Shown piece after piece: positions 29,423 through 41,000 of a stretch of DNA of 64,000 nt. The notes beneath the pieces are model-generated. The model made no database searches. It was given only the letters and a program-made list of their open reading frames with translations, and was not told where the DNA came from. Each line of letters opens with the position of its first letter. Position 1 is the stretch's first letter. Source of the stretch: Candidatus Uhrbacteria bacterium (GTDB lineage Bacteria > Patescibacteriota > Patescibacteriia > UBA9934 > GWF2-40-263); NCBI GenBank assembly GCA_016188475.1, contig JACPHT010000008.1, positions 150,192 through 214,191 of the forward strand. Direction: 5' to 3'. The translations under genes were made by a program, and so were the position numbers.

Positions 29423-30769
29423 TCACCCCTGTGAAATTTTATCAACATTCATATTCTCTCCCTCGAGTAGCCAAATGTCGGATTGAGTTACTGACACATC
29501 AACTATTCGTCCAACCAGTTCTTGATTTCCCAAAAATCGCACAAGTTTCATTTCTCTTGAATTTCCATAACAAAATCCTGATTCAAATCTATCAACCAAA
29601 ACAGAAACAATTTGACCAACAAACTTTTGATTTTTTTCAAACACAATTTTTTCCATGAGCGATTGCAAAACTTTCCAACGACGTTTCTTTTCTTCTGGTA
29701 AGACATCATCTTTGAACGCTCGAAAAGCGGCGGTCCCAGAGCGAACAGAATATTGCGCGATATACGCGATGTCAAAATTAACTTTTTTATAAAGCTCAAC
29801 TGTTTTTTCAAATGCTTCCTTACTCTCACCAGAAAAACCAACAATAATATCTGTGCCAATCGCGATATCTGGAATTCGTTTTTTGACTTTATCAATTACG
29901 TTCAAAAATTGTTCTGACGAGTAACGACGATTCATCTTTCTCAAAACTAAATCATCACCAGATTGAACTGGCAAATGCAAAAAATTTACATGAGCAGGAA
30001 GCGCCATTGCATCTATCACCTCATCTGTCATATGAACTGGATGTGGAGCCGTGAAATGCATTCGTTTAATTTCTGGAATCTGATTTATCTCCCAAAGCAA
30101 AGCGGCAAAATGATCGCCGTACGGATTATCATCAGAAAAAATTTGAGAATCTGGCGCGCGATAACTGTTTACTGTTTGTCCAAGAAGCGTAATTTCAACA
30201 CATCCTTTTGAAACAAGCTCTTTGATCTCTGACAAAATATCTTCAACAGAGCGATTTTTTTCAAGACCTCGCGCAAACGGCACAACACAATATGAACAAA
30301 ATTTATTGCATCCTGTTTGAATACTTACATACGCTTGTCGAGTCGTTTCTCTATGCGGCATGATTTTTGTGTAATCATCAACAATGTCAGCGCTATTAAC
30401 AAGGTCAGGTCGCAATTCCGCGATCCATCTCGGTAATTGCCCCATTTGAGATGTTGGAAAATATAAATCAACAACTGGCATTTTCTTTTTAAACTCAAAA
30501 TTCCGATCGCGTCCTGGCATACATCCTGTAATTCCAATAATTAGATTTGGACGTTTTTCTTTCATCTTTGAAAAATCACTCATGTGGCCATACACACGAT
30601 TTTCAGCGCTTTGTCTAACCGAACAAGTGTTGAGTAAAATGATATCAGCTTGCTCTTTTTCAGAAGTTGGTTCAAAACCCAAACCACGAAGCAAACCGGA
30701 AAGTCGCTCTGAATCATTTTTATTCATCTGACAGCCGTAAGTGATAAGGTGGTATTTGGGAGAAGGCAT
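29423..30769 (-). CDS. miaB: tRNA-2-methylthio-N6-dimethylallyladenosine synthase
   Basis: TYGCQMNKNDSE, NTCSVRQSAE, GCNKFCSYC radical SAM motif, TRAM domain; adjacent to miaA. Confidence 0.95.
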   Translation of the reverse strand: MPSPKYHLITYGCQMNKNDSERLSGLLRGLGFEPTSEKEQADIILLNTCSVRQSAENRVYGHMSDFSKMKEKRPNLIIGITGCMPGRDRNFEFKKKMPVVDLYFPTSQMGQLPRWIAELRPDLVNSADIVDDYTKIMPHRETTRQAYVSIQTGCNKFCSYCVVPFARGLEKNRSVEDILSEIKELVSKGCVEITLLGQTVNSYRAPDSQIFSDDNPYGDHFAALLWEINQIPEIKRMHFTAPHPVHMTDEVIDAMALPAHVNFLHLPVQSGDDLVLRKMNRRYSSEQFLNVIDKVKKRIPDIAIGTDIIVGFSGESKEAFEKTVELYKKVNFDIAYIAQYSVRSGTAAFRAFKDDVLPEEKKRRWKVLQSLMEKIVFEKNQKFVGQIVSVLVDRFESGFCYGNSREMKLVRFLGNQELVGRIVDVSVTQSDIWLLEGENMNVDKISQG

Positions 30770-30893
30770 AGGAAAAGTCAGAAGCGCAAAGTGATGAAGT
30801 CGAAACACAAAGTGACGGAGTTATTGTTTATCTACTCCATCACTTTCAAATACTCTGACAGACAATAACAAAAAAGAGGCTGATCGACCAGAC

Positions 30894-31457
30894 CTAGCCC
30901 CCAGAAGACACTGCAACAGCCTGTTTCGGCTGACGCGGGTCAAGTTCAAGTCTTTTGCACATTGCAAAAGCGCAAAGGAAAATGCGAAGGTACATCTTAT
31001 GATCTTCTGAATCTTCACTCACAGCAGAACGGCGCGGTAGGTGATGTGTTTGTGTGTCTGTGTCAGACGAAACACCAACAGGATCATAGGACAGACTGTA
31101 TTCAAGGTCGCGCGAAAGAGCTATGTAGTTGGGCTCAACCGCCTTCAATGCAAGGCTCAAGCGTTCGACTACAGCCTCGCTTTGGTAATGAACCCCCAAA
31201 CGAGCCACGTCATTTCTTCCAATTGTCCAGCCCGCTGTATGCAAGTACGGGGTTAGAGCACCGACAATGAGCCGAGCAACCATCAGAGTCCCGCTGTTTT
31301 CTCGCAGAGCATCAGTCAAATACTCTGCCAACATTGGACTCTTAACGATTTCTCGAACCATTTGACCGATTCGGCTGTCGTATAAGCACAGTTCGACTAC
31401 TTCAGCTTCCCTTTCCATAACAAGGAACAACCTTTCCGCGGCATTGCCGCCATCCAC
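30894..31457 (-). CDS. Hypothetical protein
   Basis: 187-aa ORF filling the interval; no motif. Confidence 0.55.
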   Translation of the reverse strand: MDGGNAAERLFLVMEREAEVVELCLYDSRIGQMVREIVKSPMLAEYLTDALRENSGTLMVARLIVGALTPYLHTAGWTIGRNDVARLGVHYQSEAVVERLSLALKAVEPNYIALSRDLEYSLSYDPVGVSSDTDTQTHHLPRRSAVSEDSEDHKMYLRIFLCAFAMCKRLELDPRQPKQAVAVSSGG

Positions 31458-31521
31458 TTGTATAGTGGAGAAAAAAACAATATCATATAGACATCTTTTG
31501 TCAATAGATTAAATTCAAAAT

Positions 31522-33618
31522 ATGCCAAAAAAACAAGAAAACCCAGTTAAAGAGGCTCGTGAGGAATCATCAAAGAGCCCGATGTTCACAAACATTGAAA
31601 CCGCTGAAGTTGAGATGACAACGTATGAATTCGGATCGGAAGTCGAATCAACTCGTTCAGATGGAGAACTTGTTCAGGAGATTGTAATTGGAAATTCTGG
31701 ATCAAAAGAAAACGCAACTGTCGTTCTTGCGCGAAAAAGTGAAGCTGGACCACTTTTGCGTGTTGTAGGCAGCGATGAACTTGCATCAAGTGTAAGGACT
31801 GATCATCAACTTGAATTATATTCTGATGCTGTCATTTCAGCGGCTGAGTCTGCTGTGAAAGCGGCTGGTTTGAAAGGCAATGAAGCAAAAGAAGCATTGG
31901 CGCTTCTTGCTGAAGAAGCTCCAAAAGTTATTGCAAAAGCAATGGGAGAAAAAAATCCTGAGAAAGCTCTTTCTGACTTTGTCCTTGAAGAAGCGCGGGC
32001 CGTTGCTAGTGGTAAGAGTGAAAAATCTGTTTTGAGTCTTGAAGCTCTCACAGAACAATTGGCTCATGCTAGACAAAAAGCCGATACTGCAAAAAATGAT
32101 CGAGAATATAAAGCGGCGCTTGTTGAAATTCATGCTGTTGAAAAAGCCGTTTATGAAACGCGCGTCGCCTTAAATCCTGACGCTTCAAAAAAAGAAAAAA
32201 TCGAAATCGCAAATCAGGTTGATGGAGCTGTTGAATTAATTCCAGATCCACTTTACGAAGATGGTTATAAGGCTGTTAAAAATCGAATTGTTGAACTTGA
32301 AAAAATAATGAAAGATGCAGATAAAAACAAGGACGGAGTTGCGTGGACTGTTGCGCGAAACGAATACGATCGTCATCGCGCAATATTGCCAGTCCTAGAA
32401 AAAGTTGAAATGGTATTGGATGTGAAAGCTCAAATTGATGCAATGATCGCAGAAAAAATCTGGGAACAAAACGAGTACTCTTCCAAAAAACGAGAAAAAG
32501 GAACAATGCAAAAAAAGTTCTGGAAAGGAGTTATTGAAAGACAAGAAAAGCTTCAGAGAACAATTGAGGATGGAATCATGGTGTTAACTCAAAAACAAAA
32601 TGAAGATACTGGCAAAGACATAGAAAAACTTGAAGCAAAACGGCTTGAATCTCTTGAATTTCTTCAAACAGCACAAAAAAACATCCAAAAAGTTGAAAAA
32701 GAAATGGAAGAACTTGAAAACATGGGTGTGCTTATTGATTTTGATACTGAAGAAAAACCAAACGAAGCTCGATCAGCTCTTTATTTCCAACTGATGGATA
32801 CATACAAAGAAAATCCAAAAGAAGTGATGAATTACATTGACGGAATGATCAAGAGTAAAAAAGTTAACACGTCAACTCTCGGAATACTGAAGGCGGTCAA
32901 GGAAGTTATAAGAGTGATGGAATCACAGCCAAAAGTAGAACAGAAAAAAGAAGCTGAAGAGGCTAAAAAAGTTGGAGAGGCTGGAGAAGTTAAAGAAATT
33001 CCAAAAACAAAACAAGAAGCAAAAGTAATTCCAATAGAACCAAGATTGCGAAAAACAAGAAAAGAAACTTTGAAACCTGGTACTGTGATCGAATCAGTGT
33101 TTGAAACAAAACAAGCTGAAAAAACCGGCCTTAAACCAGGAGACATTGTTGAATCTGTGATGGAACCAGAAGAAGTTGAAGAAGTTAGAGAAGCTGAAGT
33201 GGTTGGAAAAGAGAACAGTCAGGAACGTAACACTGACGAGATTAAAATAATTGATTATTCAAATGAAAAAGTCCAAGATCTCATAAACGCAGGAATCGTA
33301 GAGAACGCTGGCGAATTGGAACTTTATGAGCGTTTATACATTGAACTATATATTGCGCTTGATTCACTTGGACTAAAACCACAAGACGAAGGTTTGCCTT
33401 CGAGTTTTGAAGAAATGGTAAACACAAAAGATTCACGAGGAATTTTTGGAAAAATGTTTGGCGCAAAAACAGAGCGAGTCAAGCTGTTCAACAAACTTAA
33501 AGAAGCTCACTACACATATATAGATTCTGGAAAAGTTGATATTGGAAGCGTTCTAAAAAGACAACACAGACGCTATGAAGATTACGAAAGTTCGATGAGA
33601 AGCGCTGGAAAATTCTAA
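31522..33618 (+). CDS. Large acidic coiled-coil hypothetical protein
   Basis: 698-aa E/K/A-rich ORF with a short internal duplication LKPGxxxESVxE. Confidence 0.8.
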   Translation: MPKKQENPVKEAREESSKSPMFTNIETAEVEMTTYEFGSEVESTRSDGELVQEIVIGNSGSKENATVVLARKSEAGPLLRVVGSDELASSVRTDHQLELYSDAVISAAESAVKAAGLKGNEAKEALALLAEEAPKVIAKAMGEKNPEKALSDFVLEEARAVASGKSEKSVLSLEALTEQLAHARQKADTAKNDREYKAALVEIHAVEKAVYETRVALNPDASKKEKIEIANQVDGAVELIPDPLYEDGYKAVKNRIVELEKIMKDADKNKDGVAWTVARNEYDRHRAILPVLEKVEMVLDVKAQIDAMIAEKIWEQNEYSSKKREKGTMQKKFWKGVIERQEKLQRTIEDGIMVLTQKQNEDTGKDIEKLEAKRLESLEFLQTAQKNIQKVEKEMEELENMGVLIDFDTEEKPNEARSALYFQLMDTYKENPKEVMNYIDGMIKSKKVNTSTLGILKAVKEVIRVMESQPKVEQKKEAEEAKKVGEAGEVKEIPKTKQEAKVIPIEPRLRKTRKETLKPGTVIESVFETKQAEKTGLKPGDIVESVMEPEEVEEVREAEVVGKENSQERNTDEIKIIDYSNEKVQDLINAGIVENAGELELYERLYIELYIALDSLGLKPQDEGLPSSFEEMVNTKDSRGIFGKMFGAKTERVKLFNKLKEAHYTYIDSGKVDIGSVLKRQHRRYEDYESSMRSAGKF

Positions 33619-33620
33619 AT

Positions 33621-33647
33621 AAAGAACGGGCAATTGCCCGTTCTTTT
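33621..33647. terminator. Bidirectional intrinsic terminator
   Basis: AAAGAACGGGCAATTGCCCGTTCTTTT between convergent genes. Confidence 0.8.
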
Positions 33648-33651
33648 ATGT

Positions 33652-35457
33652 TCAAGCTTCTTTAGCCTCTCCAGCTTTTTGAACTTCTTTAATAAGCTGA
33701 TCCTGCGCGATTGTCAAATGTTCTTCTTGTCCGAAAACATTCACATCAAACGCACTGCCTTGCGTTTCCTTTTCACCGATTACAATCGTCCATGGAATTT
33801 TCATCATTGCCGCATTTCTAATTTTCTTTCCGACTTTCACATCAGAAAAATCTGATTCTACTCGAACACCAGCATCAAAAAGTTCTGTTTTTAACTTTTG
33901 CGCAAATGCAACAAAATCTTCACTCACAGTCGCAAGACGAATCTGTACTGGCGCAAGCCACATTGGAAACGCTCCACCGTAATGTTCAATCAAAATTCCC
34001 ATAAACCGTTCTGTTGAACCAAGAATCGCTCGGTGAATAACAACTGGACGTTTTACTTTCCCATCACTATCCGCATATTCGAGTTCAAACCGTTCAGGCA
34101 AATTCATGTCAAGTTGAATTGTGGACAGTTGCCACTGTCTTCCAATTACGTCGCGTACCATAAAATCGAGCTTTGGACCATAAAACGCGGCTTCGCCAAC
34201 ACCAACTTCCTTTTTCCAACCTCGACCCTCAACAAGACGTGCAAGCGCGGCCTCTGACTCTTCCCAAATTTGTGGATCGCCAATATATTTTTCACGATTA
34301 TTTGGATCGCTTGTTGAAACGCGAACCCAAAAATCTTTGAAACCAAAAGCGCGATATGTTTCATCGATCATGTCCAACATCAAATTTATTTCTTGTTCAA
34401 TCTGATCCGATTTCAAAAATACATGACAATCATCTTGAGTTAGCGAACGAACGCGTGTGAGCCCTGACAATTCCCCGCTTTTTTCATAGCGATAACATGA
34501 AGTTGTGCAAGTCCAACGCATTGGCATATCGCGATATGAATGCGCAGTGGATTTATAAAGCATCATGAAGTGCGGACAATTCATTGGCTTGAGATAATAT
34601 TGTGCTTCAGCAGGCAAATCCATTGGAGGATACATTGCGTCATACTTTTGCAAATGCCCTGAAATTTCGTACAACTTTCCTTTTGTAATATGCGGAATCC
34701 AAATCGGGACATATCCTCTTTTCTCTTGCTGTTCCATAATAAAATTCTCGATTAGCCGGCGAAGAACAGCGCCTTTTGGATAAAAAAGTGGAAGACCTGG
34801 CCCGACTTCATCAATAATTGTAAATAGTTCCAGATCTGTTCCGAGTTTTCTGTGATCTCGTTTTTTAGCTTCTTCAAGCATTATGAGATACTCGTCGAGT
34901 TCTTTTTGTGTTTCAAAAGCAAGACCATACACGCGTTGCATTTGAGGATTTTTTTCATTACCTCGCCAATAGGCTCCTGCAATTTTCCAAAGTTTAAACA
35001 CACCAATGTCTTTCACGTTTTCGATGTGCGGACCGCGACAAAGATCTGTAAACGATCCTGTGTGATAAAGAGTCGCGACATCTGGTTTGGAAATATCAAG
35101 ATCTTGCGCTTCGTCTGTTTGAATTTTTGTCGTGCCTTTTTCTTTCAAATCCTTCAACAACTCAACTTTGAAATCCTGTCCGCGTTCTTTGAAAAACGAA
35201 ACGGCTTTGTCGAGCGAAATCTCCTCGCGAACCATCTCGTGTTTTTCCGAGATAATTTTTTTCATTTCTTTTTCAATCACGGCCAGCCCTTCGTCAGAAA
35301 TCGGTTCTGGAAACAAAATGTCATAATAAAACCCGTTTTCAACAACAGGTCCAACACCAAATTTTGCTCCTGGATAAAGCCGCTCAACAGCCGCGGCCAA
35401 AACGTGCGCGGCAGTATGTCGCATTGTGTGAAGATTGTCATTCATATTATTAAACAA
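33652..35457 (-). CDS. thrS: Threonine--tRNA ligase
   Basis: RHTAAHVLA, DLCRGPH, KRDHRKLG, LKPMNCP, GEAAFYGPKLD. Confidence 0.98.
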   Translation of the reverse strand: MFNNMNDNLHTMRHTAAHVLAAAVERLYPGAKFGVGPVVENGFYYDILFPEPISDEGLAVIEKEMKKIISEKHEMVREEISLDKAVSFFKERGQDFKVELLKDLKEKGTTKIQTDEAQDLDISKPDVATLYHTGSFTDLCRGPHIENVKDIGVFKLWKIAGAYWRGNEKNPQMQRVYGLAFETQKELDEYLIMLEEAKKRDHRKLGTDLELFTIIDEVGPGLPLFYPKGAVLRRLIENFIMEQQEKRGYVPIWIPHITKGKLYEISGHLQKYDAMYPPMDLPAEAQYYLKPMNCPHFMMLYKSTAHSYRDMPMRWTCTTSCYRYEKSGELSGLTRVRSLTQDDCHVFLKSDQIEQEINLMLDMIDETYRAFGFKDFWVRVSTSDPNNREKYIGDPQIWEESEAALARLVEGRGWKKEVGVGEAAFYGPKLDFMVRDVIGRQWQLSTIQLDMNLPERFELEYADSDGKVKRPVVIHRAILGSTERFMGILIEHYGGAFPMWLAPVQIRLATVSEDFVAFAQKLKTELFDAGVRVESDFSDVKVGKKIRNAAMMKIPWTIVIGEKETQGSAFDVNVFGQEEHLTIAQDQLIKEVQKAGEAKEA

Positions 35458-35540
35458 ACAAGGAGATAAGGGGTGAGTGGTAAGAAGATAAAGAGAAGTT
35501 TATCGTAAATAGCGTAATAAACGCAAGATGCAAAATATGT

Positions 35541-35622
35541 AAACAGAAGCGATAGCGTCATGTCGTAGGGAACAGCGGCGAGGAGTCCGCTGGCCCGTAG
35601 ACATGGCATGTCGCTTCTGTTT
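35541..35622 (+). repeat. Conserved stem-loop motif copy 2
   Basis: Outer stem AAACAGAAGCGATA..GTCATGTC / GACATGGC.TGTCGCTTCTGTTT around core GTAGGGAACAGCGGCGAGGAGTCCGCTGGCCCGTA. Confidence 0.8.
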
Positions 35623-35639
35623 GAAACATTCAAACCATT

Positions 35640-36833
35640 CTATTGTATTTCAATATAAACATGATCCTTCAGACGCGGTATCGTGCGAACCCAAAATGGG
35701 AAAAATTGAACTTCAACTTTTGTTGCAATACCTTCTTTTGTGAGTAGCGAGTCAACATCTTTCTCTCTCATCCCAACAAATCTTCCAACGTCAAGCGCGT
35801 TATTAACGCGCGACGGGATCGCATTCCCAGTTTGCGTTATATGCAATCGCGCAACGCCTTGTTGTGAATTGACTTGCTCAACAACAATTTTCCGATTTGC
35901 TGTTCCAAGATCAATAAATTCCTGACCTTGTTCAATTCCTTCATACAGCTTCTTTTCCGTTATCTTTGAAAGAGCGGCATTGTCAAAAAATACTCCCGAC
36001 ACTTCAACATTAAGCGACACATCAAATGCCGCAACTTTGTCGCCGGCTTTTGCTCCAACTTTCTCGTCTTTAATATCGACAGAAAATTCCTCACCAGTGT
36101 ACTTGCTTGTTAGTTGACTTCTCAATGTTGATTTTGCTTCTTCAAAAAGTTCTGCCTTGAACGAAGCAACAGCTTGATCAATTTCTTCCTGAGACAAAAC
36201 GGATTCATATCGAATTCCATCAATAAACGCCTCATTTGATTTTGCGCTCACCAACTTCTGCTTTGCTGGAGTCAAACCAGGGATCGTAAAATTTGTTGGC
36301 GCGATATTTCCACTCACACCTTTTTGATCAGCATAAACTTCGGCTGTGACACTTCCATTTGCCGGAACAGTAACTCCTTTTTTCAAACGAAACAAAACTC
36401 CATCTTGTGAAAGCAAACGTGTTGTCGCGACAAGCGGTTGGGCTGAAGACATTGTATTTGTGATTGTGACGAGCCCTGTTGCTTGATCTTCAATTTCTGT
36501 TTTTGATGTTCCAGTTGGTGTAAATGATTCAGTCTTACCAACAGTTACATTTTTAACTTCACCCTGTACTTCTCCGTCAGATGTTGCGATGCGTGTTGTG
36601 CGAACAATAAAATCTGCAACAATTTCTTTTGGAACTGCAGTGACACGTATAACAGCTTGCATTGTTGAAAGATACAAAACAACAACAAGCGAAGCGGCAA
36701 CAAGAATAACAAATGTCAAAGCAATTCTACGATATAATAAAATCGGAATCGCGTTTGTGACCTGAGTTTTTTGAACAATCGGTGCTTTCTTCACTTCAAT
36801 TCGTCGAGAAGTGACAGTTTTTTTCGTGGGCAT
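35640..36833 (-). CDS. Membrane-anchored protein with baseplate J-like domain (common in CPR)
   Basis: TM helix, ATGLVTITN..QPLVATTRL...VTVPA...VYADQKG..GNI..TIPGL. Confidence 0.7.
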   Translation of the reverse strand: MPTKKTVTSRRIEVKKAPIVQKTQVTNAIPILLYRRIALTFVILVAASLVVVLYLSTMQAVIRVTAVPKEIVADFIVRTTRIATSDGEVQGEVKNVTVGKTESFTPTGTSKTEIEDQATGLVTITNTMSSAQPLVATTRLLSQDGVLFRLKKGVTVPANGSVTAEVYADQKGVSGNIAPTNFTIPGLTPAKQKLVSAKSNEAFIDGIRYESVLSQEEIDQAVASFKAELFEEAKSTLRSQLTSKYTGEEFSVDIKDEKVGAKAGDKVAAFDVSLNVEVSGVFFDNAALSKITEKKLYEGIEQGQEFIDLGTANRKIVVEQVNSQQGVARLHITQTGNAIPSRVNNALDVGRFVGMREKDVDSLLTKEGIATKVEVQFFPFWVRTIPRLKDHVYIEIQ

Positions 36834-36955
36834 ACAAAGTTATTATACCACGCATTTACATCACTTTCGCATTGTAAAAAATTTAGCCATGTTTTGACGC
36901 CGGAAGCCGTGGTCACACAACATTCAGCAAGGAAAACATCCTTGCTGTTTTTTGT

Positions 36956-36994
36956 GTCATTGCGAGGAGGAGTAAAGCGACGACGAAGCAATCT
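36956..36994. repeat. GTCATTGCGAG-family palindromic repeat, left half
   Basis: GTCATTGCGAGGAGGAGTAAAGCGACGACGAAGCAATCT; a related right half ending GGGATGAC lies at about 37101-37136. Confidence 0.75.
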
Positions 36995-37021
36995 GACCCA
37001 TTGGGTCATTAGATTAAAAAA

Positions 37022-37094
37022 GAGCAGTTTGTACTATGTCGAAGGGAACAACGGCGAAGAGTCCGTTGGCCCGGAGACATGGTACAAACTGCTC
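37022..37094 (+). repeat. Conserved stem-loop motif copy 3
   Basis: 19-bp stem GAGCAGTTTGTACTATGTC / GACATGGTACAAACTGCTC around core GAAGGGAACAACGGCGAAGAGTCCGTTGGCCCGGA. Confidence 0.8.
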
Positions 37095-37203
37095 GAGAGA
37101 CCCCTCGGCTCAACGCTAAACTCGCTCGGGATGACAAAATAAAAAAAGAACTCTGCTAAATGACCCAATGAAGGATCAAAGACACAAAGTCCAAAGAGTG
37201 AAC

Positions 37204-37815
37204 TCATTTGGGAACAACGAACACGAACCGATGGTCGAAACCCCAGCGATCGCCAGGGAGATCCTCGAATGTGTCGAGCCAGAGACCATCCTTGTCGTGG
37301 TCGATGTCGAACACGTTGAGAGCACCGCGCGAATCGGAAATTGCTTCCATGGCAATCTGGAACCACTCTCCTTTGGTCTGATCCTTGTAAAACAAACGAA
37401 GAGCGGGACCAACTTCTGCAGGACAGAGCTGGCCACCTTGAGCCAGAATAGCAGAATAGACTTCCTTTGTAGTTCCACCGTTTGGAAGCCCAAGCTCCGC
37501 AATAGTTGCGGAAGTAAGGTTAACCTCGACCTCCTTTTTTGAACACGTAATCTTCTTCAGAAGGTTCCTTGCCCAATCACTGATCTTAAATCCAGCTGAC
37601 TCAAGCGCCTTTTCGTAAGCCTCTGGGGTTTCGTGAAGACCGAGAGTCACTGTCCGGATAACACGGAACTTCGACGACGCCCACGGATTCTCCTTGCGAA
37701 GAAACCGTTTGAAGGCTGTTAGCCACATTGTTCCATCAGAACCAGCGAGCTTTGTCCAGAAATCTTTCATGGGTCCGGCCACTTCGGCAAGAGTACCACC
37801 GAGCATTTCAGACAT
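37204..37815 (-). CDS. Hypothetical protein (CPR family, LCPAEVGPALRL...RFVFVVPK)
   Basis: AGGAG RBS; FKRFLRKENPW N-terminal motif; C-terminus similar to the 335 gene. Confidence 0.8.
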   Translation of the reverse strand: MSEMLGGTLAEVAGPMKDFWTKLAGSDGTMWLTAFKRFLRKENPWASSKFRVIRTVTLGLHETPEAYEKALESAGFKISDWARNLLKKITCSKKEVEVNLTSATIAELGLPNGGTTKEVYSAILAQGGQLCPAEVGPALRLFYKDQTKGEWFQIAMEAISDSRGALNVFDIDHDKDGLWLDTFEDLPGDRWGFDHRFVFVVPK

Positions 37816-38022
37816 GGTCGGTCTCCTTTTGACGCGCGAGGCGTCTATTTTGCCAGCGGGCTTCTGAACATTTACTTGCCGATAGGCAGGCTTGTCAGAT
37901 TTACCATGGCAAGGAATCGCCCTTTTTAGAGCAACTTTTTGCCAGAGTCAATCTGATTTTGATAGTCAAGTCTAGCATAAAATAGCCAGTTTGTCAAGAA
38001 AAAAAGACCAAAATTACCACTT

Positions 38023-41000
38023 TTACGTCACTTTCACATTTTGCCGTCCAACAAGCGATGCGATCTCGTCCACAATCTCATCAGAAATAAAAACAGAATA
38101 ATCAGTTTCGATTTGTCTAACCCGTCCACCGGATTCAACAAGCAAACAAACTGAAGTTTGACCGGGCGATCTTTGTAATATCTCGCGCAATCGTGACACT
38201 AACTCCGGAGCCGGATTTCCTTGAAGCGCGATTGAAAGTGTTCCAGTTATTACAGGAACTTGAGCAACAACTGTTTTTGGATCAGCCCATTGACCTCGAG
38301 AAAGCATTTGGACAAGCTGTGGAAGTTGATCCTCCGTGTATCCAATAAGTCCATTTGCCAATAAACTCAATTCACCATTGCGTCTAGACACTTTCGCGGA
38401 AACAAGTGTTAGTTGATCGAGTTGTAATGAAAATTTTGATCGAGTAAAAACTTCAGGGAAAAGCACAAGTTCCACAACACCTGTTGCATCTTCAACACTT
38501 ACAAATGCCATTGGTTCTCCTTTTTTTGTAATTATTTCTTTTATTGCTGTTATAACTCCACCACAATGAATCAACTTACTGCTTGGGTGATCTTTAACTT
38601 TCGCACACGGAACAATTAGCGGCCCCAAAACACTAGCGCTTTGTTCAAATGGATGCGCGCTAAGATAAAGACCTAACAATTCTTTTTCCCATGCAAGAAG
38701 TTCTTGGATTCCTGCCGGTTCTGTTTCACGAAGTGTGATTGCAGAGTCCATCACGGTCGGCGATGATGAAAACAAACTTTGTTGGTTTGATGAAATCTCT
38801 TTTTGAATAGATTTATTGTGCATCAAAATTCTATCAACGTTTTCAAAAAGTTGGCGTCTCTCACCAAAACGATCAAGCGCTCCGGATTTTATAAGAGCCT
38901 CAAGAGATTTTTTATTAAACGCGTGATGGGAGATGCGTCCTGCAAAATCAGATAAATCTTTGAACGGCCCATTGTTTTTTCTTTCTGTAATAATTGACGC
39001 GACAACTTCTTCTCCTAAATTTTTTACAACAAGCAAACCAAAACGAATCTGTTTATCATTCATGAAAGTAAAATCCTTTCTTGATTCATTTATATCAGGA
39101 GACAAAACCTCAATTCCGAGGCGTTCGCATTCGTGAACTGCTTCAGCAATTTTTTCTAAATCACCAGCCTCTGCTGTCATAAGCGCTGTCATGTATTCGG
39201 CTGGAAAATTCGCTTTCATGTACGCGGTTTGATAAGCAACCATCCCGTAACTCGCGGCGTGACTTTTATTAAACCCATAAGCGGCAAACGGTTCAATAAG
39301 CTTCCAAAGTTGACGCGCTTTGTCGTCCGTAAGTCCGTGCGCGATAAATCCTTCAAGCAACTTGATTTTTTGCAATGCCATCTCTGCTGGAATTTTCTTT
39401 CCCATGGCTTTTCGAAGTTTGTCAGCTTCAAGCCACGAGTAACCGCCCAAATGAATGGCTGTCAACATAACGTCATCTTGATAAACAATAACTCCGTATG
39501 ACATTTTCAAAATCGGTTCCATGCGCGGATCAAGATATGAAATAAGCGACGTGTCGTGTTTACGTTTGATGTATTCAGGAATTGATTCAATCGGACCAGG
39601 ACGATAAAGAGCGACCATTGCCATAAGATCCTCAACGCGCTCTGGCTTCAAATCCATGAGATATTTTGTCATTCCTTCTCCGTTCAACTGAAACACGCCC
39701 ATTGTGTGGCCTTTTGCAAGAAGTGAAAAAGTTTTTTTGTCATTGATTGGAATGCGCTCAATATCAATCTCAATTCCTTTCAGTTTTTTCACAAGAGCAA
39801 CAGCGTCTCCCAAAATCGACAAATTGCGAATTCCAAGAAAATCCATTTTAACAAGACCTGCTGTTTCAACAGCGTGCATTTCATATTGAGTAATAACTTT
39901 TCCTTCACGAGTATCAATTTGAAGCGGAGTAAAATCCGTAAGATCAGTTGGCGCAATAACTGCTCCTGCCGCGTGAATTGAAACATGACGAGCGCATCCT
40001 TCAATTTGTTTTGCAAGATCAATAATGCGTCGCACGTTTGCGTCGGTATCAAATTTCTTTTTTAAATCCGGCGCTTCATTAAGAGCGCGAGTGAGTGTCA
40101 TTGGAAATCCTTGCGAACCCATTGGGACAAGTTTCGCGATCTCATCTACCATTGGATATGGAAACCCAAGCGCTCGTCCGACATCGCGAACAGAACCACG
40201 CGCAAGCATTGTTCCAAAAGTACAAATCTGTGAAACTTTTTCTTGTCCATATTTTCCTCGAACATAATCCAAAACTTCATCACGGCGGTTGTCGGCAAAA
40301 TCAGTATCAATATCAGGAGCTGACGGACGTTCTGGATTTAAAAAACGTTCAAACGGCAATTCATAAGTCAAAGGATTGATTGATGAAATTCCGATTCCGT
40401 AACTCACAAGCGATCCTGCGGCTGAACCGCGCGTTGTTGTGACAATCCCGTTTGATCTTGCCCAATTGATAAAATCAGAGACAATCAAAAAGTATGGACA
40501 AAAGCCTTTTTGATCGATAATTTCCAACTCATACGCGAGACGTTGTTCCATTACGTCTGTTAACGGGCCTTCTTTCTCAGCAAGTTGTTGTTCAGCGCGT
40601 TGTGTTAAAACCTGACGAAAAGTTTGCCCTTCTGGAATTTCAAATTTTGGAAAATTCCATTTTCCAAGTTCGAGCTCAAGCAAACAACGATCCGCAATGC
40701 GACGCGTGTTTTCAATCGCTTCCGGAACATCAGCAAAACGTTCTTCCATATACTGCGCGCTCACCATTGACGCGTCATAATCGTATGGATTGATTCTCTC
40801 AAAATGTTCAAGTGTTTTTCCGCCTTTAATGCAATTCAAAATTTTCCAAGCTTCTGCGTCTTGCGGCTTGAGATATAAAGTATTTTTCGTCGCAACAATC
40901 GGCACATTCATTTTTTTCCCAAGCTCAATCAGTTGCGCGTTTGTGCTTTCTTGTTCTGCGATTTCTGGACGATCAACAAGTTCTAAGAAAAAATTTCCAT

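Noticed and set aside
35460-35635. T-box riboswitch upstream of thrS
   Set aside because: No AGGGTGGNACCGCG T-box on the minus strand; the structure present is the three-copy motif
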